DNA from: Acaryochloris thomasi RCC1774
GTDB taxonomy: Bacteria > Cyanobacteriota > Cyanobacteriia > Thermosynechococcales > Thermosynechococcaceae
Direction: 5' to 3'
Assembly (NCBI RefSeq): GCF_003231495.1
Contig: NZ_PQWO01000005.1
Coordinates: 90,001 to 122,000 of the forward strand
DNA: 32,000 nucleotides
The position numbers were made by a program, and so were the translations under genes. Under the pieces are notes generated by a model, which was not told where the DNA came from, did not search any database, and was given only the letters and a program-made list of their open reading frames with translations. Below, in pieces: positions 16,583 through 24,379 of this stretch (positions within the stretch are counted from its first letter, which is position 1; each line of letters opens with the position of its first letter).

Positions 16583-17780
16583 TACCGCCAGTCACCCATA
16601 CCAACAGACATATTGGCCTGCTCGTGAATGTAGGCTGCCTTCTCAGGTCGAGGCAACTGACCAGAGGTGACTAAGTGAGCCATCGTGTCACAGATGACGC
16701 GGGTCGCCATTAACGAGGTCATATCGCTGACGTCATAGGGCGGGGACACCTCAACGATTTCCAGACCGCAAACGGGGGCATTTTGGACAATTTTGCCCAG
16801 CATGTACAGCGCTTCACGGGGCATCAGACCGCCTGGTTCCGGCCAGCCCGTACCGGGGACAAAGCCTGCATCAATACAGTCAATATCAAAGCTAATATAG
16901 ACGCAGTCGGTACCGTCTAGGGCACGCTCAAGGGCAAAGTCTACGGCGGCATCCATGCCCATTTCCATGATGTCGGTCACGGTCAGAATATTGGTGGCCC
17001 GCTCACGGCAGACTTTGACGCCCTGGCGGGGCACCTGCCAGCCGCCAATCCCAAGCTGCACCAGGTTCTTGGCTGGCGCATTGGCCATGTTGGTAGCGTG
17101 GAACCAAGGACAGGTGTGCATCCGTTCGTCGAGATCGGTCTCTTGGGTATCAACGTGGCGATCGAAGTGAATGATGCCCACTTTTAGATCGCCTAGGTGA
17201 CGGCAAACGCCTCGAATGGTGGGGAAGCCAATGGAGTGGTCGCCCCCCAAAATGATTGGGAACGCGCCAGAACTAAAGATGTGAGCAATGCCCTTAGAAA
17301 TCTGATCGAAAGACTTTTCGTTGTTCGCAGGGATGGTAAAGATATCCCCAACATCGCAGAGAGTAATTTGCTCTCTGAGATCGACGCCCAGTTCAAAATT
17401 GTATGGCGTATACAACGCTGATATACGTCGTATACCTTGGGGACCGAAGCGGGTGCCGGGTCGATAGGTGGTGCCGGAGTCGTGGGGAACGCCGACAATA
17501 GCGACGTCGTAGTTGCCGACTTTGCGGACACTTCTAGATAGGGAGCCTTGAGAAAGGTATTGATGCCTGCGTAGTGGGGCAGTTCACCGCGAGAGAAGGT
17601 GGGGATAGTGCGATCGCGAATGCTTTCAGCCGCCTCTAAGCCAAACTGCAGCCCTTGATCCACTTCTTGCTGCCATCCGGTCAGCGGCAGTCGGGATTCT
17701 CGTTCTAGAGCCTGTTCAGCAACGCTCTCGCCCGGTTGAAAAACAGCATCGGGTTGTTGGAATAAAGGATCGTCAGTCAT
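16582..17780 (-). pseudogene. gdmH: Ni-dependent guanidine hydrolase GdmH-like (agmatinase/ureohydrolase family), with the reading frame broken by a 1-nt shift at about 17520
   Basis: Codons 1-87 (17780-17520) encode the long N-terminal extension ending ...INTFLKAPYLEVSAK. The conserved core (VGNYDVAIVGVPHDSGTTYRPGTRFGPQGIRRISALYTPYNF...GGDHS...DRHVD...SFDIDCID) is open in the -1 frame from 17520 to the stop at 16582. Joined, the two parts give 399 aa. The track shows them as the overlapping ORFs 17193..17780 and 16582..17415. Confidence 0.8.
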
Positions 17781-17870
17781 GATTCATCCGTCAGTAGGTC
17801 AAAGAATTGTATTTTTCTTTTTAAAGGAATATCTTTTCTGAATGTCCCAAATCGCTCCTCAACAGCATAC

Positions 17871-18048
17871 ATAAAACCCGGGGCAACAACTCATAGAGAT
17901 ACCGATCCCTACGACTGTTCCTCCCGGGCTTTTGTCCCGCCGTGTCACTAGATAAACAACCGAAGCACAACATTCGGCTCTAGGTTCTAGCTGCTTCTCT
18001 CGGACCAGACATTCATCGTTAAAAACGAGAACCGGAACCCTAGAAGCG
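17871..18048 (-). promoter_or_regulatory. ykkC: Guanidine-I riboswitch (ykkC class) with a terminator-type expression platform
   Basis: The minus strand reads GCUUCUAGGGUUCCGG...CUGGUCCGAGAGAAGC (18048-17992), a variable hairpin, then ACACGGCGGGACAAAAGCCCGGGAGG (to 17920). These are the two invariant ykkC blocks. CCCGGGAGGAACAG (17928-17915) can instead pair with UUGUUGCCCCGGG (17889-17877), which is followed by UUUUAU (17876-17871). Confidence 0.88.
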
Positions 18049-18180
18049 ATGATTTGTAATGATTAAAACTGAAATTTCATTGACTTGTTTACAACGCTAG
18101 CAAGACCTAAATCAAAGAACTGTAGCAAGCACTACTAAACCTAGCTTCAAGTCCCCTGGACAAGCACTGTAACCTGTTAG

Positions 18181-19569
18181 ATGCCGTTGTTAGAATCGCC
18201 GATGGACACCAACCCCTTTAAGCCCGACTTCACCTGGGGAGCCGCTGCTGCGAGCTACCAGATTGAGGGAGCCGCCCATGCTGACGACAAAGGCTTGTCT
18301 GTATGGGATATTTTTTGTCAGCAACCGGGCAAAGTAGCTGGGGGCGACAATGGCGTCGTAGCCTGCGATCATTACCATCGCTCTATTGATGATGTGCAAC
18401 TAATGAGTGAGATCGGTCTGCAGGCTTATCGACTCTCTATTTCTTGGCCACGAGTGCTCCCTGCGGGCGTCGGCACCGTTAACCAAGAAGGCTTAGACTT
18501 CTACGACCGTCTCGTTGATTGCCTGTTAAGCCACAACATTCAGCCCTGGGTAACGCTATTTCACTGGGACTATCCCTACGACCTCTACTGTCGCGGAGGC
18601 TGGCTCAATCGGGACAGCGCCGACTGGTTTGCAGACTATACCCAAGTGATAGTGGATAAGCTCTCAGACCGGGTGCAACACTGGATTCCACAAAACGAAC
18701 CGCAGTGCTTTATTGGCCTCGGCCATCAGCAAGGCGAACATGCACCGGGCCTGAAATTAAGCCTGCGGGAAATGCTGCTGGCTGCCCACCATTCGTTTTT
18801 AGCCCACGGGAAATCAGTTCAGGTGATTCGTGACCGCGCCCAGCTTCCTCCGACTATTGGCACCGCGCTAGTGGGCATTGTGGCGATACCGGCCACCGAC
18901 AGCCCCGCAGATATTGAGGCAGCCCGCAAAGCAACTCTGTCGGTCAAGGCCAAAAACTGCTGGAATAATACTTGGTTCGCCGATCCTATTTTGCGCGGCG
19001 AATATCCTGCTGATGGGCTGCAGCTTTTCCGGGAACATCTGCCTGAAATCAGCGCAGAGGATCTGAAGACGATGCACCAGCCCCTAGACTTTTATGGTCT
19101 CAATATTTATCAGGGCTATACCGTCACGGCAAAGCCAAATGGAGGGTACACGTTTGTTTCGCCTGCGGTGGGAGCGCCGCGTACGACGATGGATTGGCCG
19201 ATTACGCCTGAGGCACTTTACTGGGGGCCAAAGTTTATCCATGAACGCTATCAGCTCCCAATTGCAATCACTGAGAATGGAATGGCGAACAGCGATTGGG
19301 TTCACCATGATGGTCAGGTCCATGATCCGCAGCGGATCGACTTTCTAAAGGGGTATTTGGGGGCTTTTGGAGATGCGATCGCATCTGGCATCCCTGCAAA
19401 GGGGTACTTCCTCTGGTCAATTATGGATAACTTTGAGTGGGCCTATGGCTACCAAAAGCGCTTCGGCATCATCCACGTTGACTACGGTACCCAGCAGCGA
19501 ACGTTGAAAGATTCGGCTCACTGGTATAAACAGGTCATTGCTTCCCAGGGAGAAGTTTTGCGGCGCTGA
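18181..19569 (+). CDS. bglA: GH1 beta-glucosidase
   Basis: 462 aa. FTWGAAAASYQIEGA, the acid/base motif WIPQNEPQ, the nucleophile motif IAITENGMA, and the C-terminal DNFEWAYGYQKRFGI. Confidence 0.95.
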   Translation: MPLLESPMDTNPFKPDFTWGAAAASYQIEGAAHADDKGLSVWDIFCQQPGKVAGGDNGVVACDHYHRSIDDVQLMSEIGLQAYRLSISWPRVLPAGVGTVNQEGLDFYDRLVDCLLSHNIQPWVTLFHWDYPYDLYCRGGWLNRDSADWFADYTQVIVDKLSDRVQHWIPQNEPQCFIGLGHQQGEHAPGLKLSLREMLLAAHHSFLAHGKSVQVIRDRAQLPPTIGTALVGIVAIPATDSPADIEAARKATLSVKAKNCWNNTWFADPILRGEYPADGLQLFREHLPEISAEDLKTMHQPLDFYGLNIYQGYTVTAKPNGGYTFVSPAVGAPRTTMDWPITPEALYWGPKFIHERYQLPIAITENGMANSDWVHHDGQVHDPQRIDFLKGYLGAFGDAIASGIPAKGYFLWSIMDNFEWAYGYQKRFGIIHVDYGTQQRTLKDSAHWYKQVIASQGEVLRR

Positions 19570-19750
19570 TGCGGGGTGCAAAATGACGGGAGTCCTGGTT
19601 GACTCGATTGTCATTGATAGATTTGAAGATGCGATCGCACTTGTCCGCCAGCATGATTAGATGAACCGGAGCGATAACAAGTCGGGCGTTCGCTTCGCTC
19701 ATCCATGTCAACTTAACGCCTGGTTACCATAGACGTTAAAAATCGATCGC

Positions 19751-20071
19751 ATGTCCAAGCAGTCTGACTATGGTCGCAACCCATCGAACAAAGAATTGAG
19801 AGAAGCTGAGCGAGTCCTCCAGCTTCATGCAGAACAGCAGAAAGCTCACCCCTCTGCGATCGCTTCAGATACCAGCAAACTCTCTCACATCAACACCTAC
19901 GGTCGCCTGCCAGAGTACTACATCGACCAACCGTTCACCTGCCGACTCTGTGGCAAACGAGAAATCTGGAAAGCCGCATCCCAGAAATGGTATTACGAAG
20001 AAGCAAAAGGGCATATCGATGCAAAGGCTGTCGAGTGCCATTCCTGTCGCAAAGCAAAAAGGCAGAAATAG
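19751..20071 (+). CDS. Zinc-ribbon domain protein (zf-trcl-like), function unknown
   Basis: 106 aa. FTCRLCGKREIWKAASQKWYYEEAKG...ECHSCRKAK gives CxxC...CxxC. Chosen over the overlapping 19827..20156 ORF, which has no motif. Confidence 0.6.
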   Translation: MSKQSDYGRNPSNKELREAERVLQLHAEQQKAHPSAIASDTSKLSHINTYGRLPEYYIDQPFTCRLCGKREIWKAASQKWYYEEAKGHIDAKAVECHSCRKAKRQK

Positions 20072-20085
20072 GCTCATTTTCAGCT

Positions 20086-22764
20086 CTAAATCGCAACAGT
20101 GTCTGTTTGATGCTGCAAAATCAACCGTTGGCGATGAATGTGTCGCAACTCAATAGCCTGGTCTGAAATCTTCTCAAGCATAAAGATTAAATGCTCAGGC
20201 CGCAGAATATTTCCGTCATTGCAGCAGGTGCCCACATATCGAACGCTCACTGGTTCCATTTGAGTTAGCTCCAGCTCAAGCAGGCGATCGCACAAATTAA
20301 CAACCCGCTTCTTCCCAGATTTGGTCGTATGCTCAAAATTAATCTCAGTCGCCGCCTTAATTTGATCAATCCAACCCTGCCATTGTTCCGAGGTCCCAGA
20401 CTCCTGAGAAGCGATCGTCAGTAAATATTCTGCCTGATGCACCGCCTGGGTTGCAGAGGGATCTGATAGCTCAATAGCATCGACTCGATAGATAGGAATG
20501 TCTGCAGGCAAACATTCCGCCAACGTTTGACGAAACTGATCAACCTCCATCATTTGGGTTAGCTCGAAGTCTACAATCTCGCAATTACTGGTTGCGCCGA
20601 GCGCTAAAGCATTGGCTGGGGCAATTCGAGGGCCGGGATGGAAACCGCCTGTGAAAGCGATGGGGATTTGCGATCGCCGCACCACCCGATCAAACAACCG
20701 CAGCAGATCTAAATGACTGACTAAAGACATATCGCCCTGCTTGCCAAACCAAACCCGCAGCCGCTGCACCCGATCTTTATTAGGGACAAAGTGGCCCGAA
20801 AACTCAGGGATTTCAGGGGGCGGCACCACGACGTTATGGCCGAAATCGATGCTGCAGACACCACAGTGAGAACAGCCTTCAAAGGCGCAGTCAGGTACAG
20901 TGGCAGCTTCCAACGCTCGCTGCAGATCATCCTTAAGCCACTGCTTATCAATTCCGGTATCAAGGTGGTCCCAAGGGAGAGGAAAGTCGAGTTTTGAGTC
21001 TTGAGTTTCGAGTTCTGAGTTGGGGTGTTGGGGTGTTGGAGTGGATGCATCGCCAGCTTCAGCGGGAGTAGAAGGATCGAAGATATTCCACTCACCGGTT
21101 TCAACTTGGCGATATTTCCAAGTGAGGTTAGCTTCTTCAATTGCATCCGTCCAAGCTTGAAATGCCTTGTCTAAGTTCTCCCACCAGGAATCCATACCCG
21201 CACCGAGTTCCCAGGCGCGACGGACCACTGGAGACAGACGGCGATCGCCACGCCCCACAAAATCTTCCATCGCAGAAATACGAACGTCAGTGAAGTTGAC
21301 CTTCACTCCGCGAATCTGCCGGAACTCCGCAAATAATAGCTCTCGTTTACGCTTAAATTCCGTTGTGGAAACCGAATGCCACTGAAAAGGCGTATGGGGC
21401 TTCGGCGTGAAATTAGAGATAGTAACGTTGAAATTCAGACGTTTGCGGCCCTGAGCCTGACATTCTCGGCGCAGCCAGCGCAGCGTCTCAGCAATACCGA
21501 TCACATCGGCATCCGTTTCACCAGGAAGCCCAATCATAAAATAGAGCTTTACCTTGCTCCAGCCCTGCTCACAGGCGGTTTTAATGCCCCTTAATAGCTC
21601 CTCATTGGTCAGACCCTTATTAATGATGTCTCGCATCCGCTGGGTACCGGCTTCAGGGGCGAAGGTAAGGCCAGTTTTGCGAGTACCGCCGATGATATTA
21701 GCAATATTTTCATCGAAGCGATCGACCCGCTGACTGGGCAGCGAGAGCGAAATATTCTGATCCTGGAGCCGATTTTTGATTTCCATCCCTACTGCGGGTA
21801 GAGCCAGATAGTCAGAACAGCTCAGCGATAGCAGCGAGAACTCGTTGTATCCGGTTTCTCGCATCCCCTTCTCAATGGCGTTGACAACCTGTTCAGGGTC
21901 CACATCCCGCGCTGGGCGAGTGAGCATTCCTGGCTGACAGAAGCGACAGCCACGGGTGCAGCCGCGTCTAACTTCTACCGTGAGGCGATCGTGAACCGTT
22001 TGCACATAGGGCACCAAACCAATGGAGTACTCCGGCATGGGGTCGGCCACCCGCCTGAGGATGCGTTTTGGTACACCGGGTCGATTGGGGTGGACCGAGC
22101 CGTCATCAGCCATGTCGTAGAACTGCGGCACATAAACCCCTGGCACTTGGGCTAGATCCAGCAGGAGGGCTTCTCGACTGAGTCCCGCTGCTTTTCCTTC
22201 TTCTAAAATGAGGCCGATCTCAGACAGCAGTTCTTCGCCATCACCGAGGGCAACGAAATCGAAGAAATCAGCATAGGGTTCTGGGTTAGAGGTAGCGGTC
22301 TGGCCCCCCGCAAAAATCAGTGGATAGCTTTTGTTAGGATCCATTGCTCGTTCGGCCCAAGTCAACGGAATATTAGCCAAATCCAGCATTTCGAGGATGT
22401 TGGTAGCTCCGAGTTCGTAGCTGAGGCTAAAGCCGAGGATGTCGTAGTCGATGAGGGGACGCTTGGACTCTACGGCAAACAGGGAGGTGTTTGTGTCGCG
22501 GAGTTTTGTTGCGAGATCGAGAGCGGGGAGATAGGCGCGATCGCAAAGCTGTCTCGGCTGCGCATTAAGAATGTTGTATAGAATAATGTGCCCTAAGTTT
22601 GAAGCCCCTACCTCATAAATCTCAGGATAGGTCAGCACCCAGCGAACATTGGCACTCTCCCAAGGCTTATGCACAGCCCCTAACTCATTACCTAAGTAAC
22701 GAGCAGGCTTCATGATTTCAGGGGTCAACAAAGATTGAACGGCAACAGCCACGGCAAGACTCAA
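20086..22764 (-). CDS. B12-binding-domain radical SAM protein fused to a DUF2344-type C-terminal domain
   Basis: 892 aa. N-terminal KPARYLGNELG, radical-SAM cluster motif CTRGCRFC, and a C-terminal domain (VWFGKQGDMSLVSHLDLLRLFDRVVRRS). The track start is TTG at 22764; ATG at 22713 (MKPARYLG) is an alternative. Confidence 0.88.
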   Translation of the reverse strand: MSLAVAVAVQSLLTPEIMKPARYLGNELGAVHKPWESANVRWVLTYPEIYEVGASNLGHIILYNILNAQPRQLCDRAYLPALDLATKLRDTNTSLFAVESKRPLIDYDILGFSLSYELGATNILEMLDLANIPLTWAERAMDPNKSYPLIFAGGQTATSNPEPYADFFDFVALGDGEELLSEIGLILEEGKAAGLSREALLLDLAQVPGVYVPQFYDMADDGSVHPNRPGVPKRILRRVADPMPEYSIGLVPYVQTVHDRLTVEVRRGCTRGCRFCQPGMLTRPARDVDPEQVVNAIEKGMRETGYNEFSLLSLSCSDYLALPAVGMEIKNRLQDQNISLSLPSQRVDRFDENIANIIGGTRKTGLTFAPEAGTQRMRDIINKGLTNEELLRGIKTACEQGWSKVKLYFMIGLPGETDADVIGIAETLRWLRRECQAQGRKRLNFNVTISNFTPKPHTPFQWHSVSTTEFKRKRELLFAEFRQIRGVKVNFTDVRISAMEDFVGRGDRRLSPVVRRAWELGAGMDSWWENLDKAFQAWTDAIEEANLTWKYRQVETGEWNIFDPSTPAEAGDASTPTPQHPNSELETQDSKLDFPLPWDHLDTGIDKQWLKDDLQRALEAATVPDCAFEGCSHCGVCSIDFGHNVVVPPPEIPEFSGHFVPNKDRVQRLRVWFGKQGDMSLVSHLDLLRLFDRVVRRSQIPIAFTGGFHPGPRIAPANALALGATSNCEIVDFELTQMMEVDQFRQTLAECLPADIPIYRVDAIELSDPSATQAVHQAEYLLTIASQESGTSEQWQGWIDQIKAATEINFEHTTKSGKKRVVNLCDRLLELELTQMEPVSVRYVGTCCNDGNILRPEHLIFMLEKISDQAIELRHIHRQRLILQHQTDTVAI

Positions 22765-22939
22765 TTAAAAAACAAGGCCGACCCAGAAGGATCTCAAATC
22801 TACTATATCCATGTTCGGCAGAAGGCTGGAGATAAAGATGAAGGACTTCCACGTTTCACAAATTGCTCCCAGCAATAGGGCACCCTAAACTCACAGAGCG
22901 CTTGAGCTATCGTGGAGTCGAGGACATCAGGGTAAAAAG

Positions 22940-23443
22940 ATGGTTAATAACGGAACAGCTTATCTTTTCTGGCTGGCTTTCTTTTTTGGATTGGGTGGTA
23001 TCCAGCGATTCTATCTGGGTAAACCTATCAGTGGTGTCTTATATCTTTGCACCTTGGGGTTTTTTGGCGTCGGACAACTGCTCGATATTGCCCTCATCCC
23101 CGGTATGGTAGATGAGAAAAACACAAAATACCGGGCACTGTATGGCTCTCCACATCAAACAGCAGTCCCTCAAGTTGTAGTGAATGTGGGTGAGGGGTAT
23201 CACAACACCACGTCCCCAGCCTTCACCGAGCTACCGACAGCAAACACCGCTAACAAGCGCTTAGACGTTAGCGTTCTCAAAATTTGTCGAGATCTTGGTG
23301 GGGCAACAATGAGCGATTGCGTTATCGAAACCGAAGCCGATCCTGAAGAGATTAAAGCTATTGTCCACCGCCTCAGCGTTGATGGCCTGCTCAGCATTGA
23401 TAACCGAGAGCCAGATGGCGCAATTATTTATCACGCTGTCTAG
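22940..23443 (+). CDS. TM2-domain membrane protein with a soluble C-terminal domain
   Basis: 167 aa. TAYLFWLAFFFGLGGIQRFYLGKPISGVLYLCTLGFFGVGQLLDIALIP is the TM2 two-helix signature. Confidence 0.8.
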   Translation: MVNNGTAYLFWLAFFFGLGGIQRFYLGKPISGVLYLCTLGFFGVGQLLDIALIPGMVDEKNTKYRALYGSPHQTAVPQVVVNVGEGYHNTTSPAFTELPTANTANKRLDVSVLKICRDLGGATMSDCVIETEADPEEIKAIVHRLSVDGLLSIDNREPDGAIIYHAV

Positions 23444-23495
23444 AAAGCCTCTCTGAGGCAACAGTAGTTCTGCCATTGCCTTGGCAAACAAACAA

Positions 23496-23523
23496 GAGGG
23501 CCGTAGTGTGACTTACGGCCCTC
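23496..23523 (+). terminator. GC-rich hairpin after the TM2 gene (terminator-like, no T-tract)
   Basis: GAGGGCCGTA, an 8-nt loop, then TACGGCCCTC (23496-23523). This is a perfect 10-bp stem, but it is followed by AATAATAA rather than a U-run. Confidence 0.4.
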
Positions 23524-23542
23524 AATAATAATCCAGCCTTTC

Positions 23543-23830
23543 ATGGAACCTAATTATCGTCGCTGTATTTGCTGTCGCAAAGTTGCGCCCAAACAAGAGT
23601 TCTGGCGAGTCGTTAGAGTCCATCCTGACCGATCAGTGCAGCTCGATCACGGTATGGGGCGCTCAGCTTATCTCTGTGCTCAAGCTGACTGTCTTAGACT
23701 CGCGCAAAAGAAAAATCGCTTGGGTCGTGCACTTAGAGCATCAGTCCCAGATTCGATCTATCAAACGCTGCAAGAGAGACTCACAGAAGGCGACAGAATA
23801 TTAAAGCCATTACCGGTAAGCAAAAATTAA
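23543..23830 (+). CDS. ylxR: YlxR/RnpM-family (DUF448) RNA-binding protein
   Basis: 95 aa. RRCICCRKVAPKQEFWRVVRV and GRSAYLC are the DUF448 hallmarks. Confidence 0.8.
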   Translation: MEPNYRRCICCRKVAPKQEFWRVVRVHPDRSVQLDHGMGRSAYLCAQADCLRLAQKKNRLGRALRASVPDSIYQTLQERLTEGDRILKPLPVSKN

Positions 23831-24379
23831 ACAGATCAATCGAGATTATTTGAATTTCACCAGAGTTTAAAAGACCTGTTAAGCCATTAAAAATAATTAA
23901 GGTATCTAAATATTTCCAGGCGCCATAATGGCAGACTTGGATACCCTGTTTTTCGTTGACAGCAGCTCTGAACAAGCCATTCCGATCGAATTCTTGAGCA
24001 TAGATATGGAAGCGCTGTAGAAATTATGATTGCATCACAATTGACTTTTGATTCAGAAATAGTATGATAATACCCGGTGAACTGCATTATCAAATCAGCA
24101 AAGTTTTTGCTGGTCCTAATTTCTATGGGGTTAGAAAAGGGGCGCACCTGTATTACCTTCCAGAATAAGTACTAGAGCAACTTTAGTGGCTTTTACTTAT
24201 GCGGGAAGAGGCAGGCAATATTTTGCATATTTATTTTTTGAACTGAATATAAAAAAGACGGAAATTAATATCTGTAGATATTGATTTAATTTTTTCGAGT
24301 AGCTATTTTTTCTGTGCTATCGAAAATTTTCTGTGCGTCTTGATTTCAAAGAAAGTTTTTCTGAGAATTAAGTACAGGT

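Noticed and set aside
17193-17520. The 3' two-thirds of ORF 17193..17780 as a real protein
   Set aside because: After codon 87 the translation is low-complexity (SATTTSLLSAFPTTPAPPIDPAPAS...), while the overlapping -1 frame encodes the conserved ureohydrolase core. This stretch is an out-of-frame read-through of gdmH.
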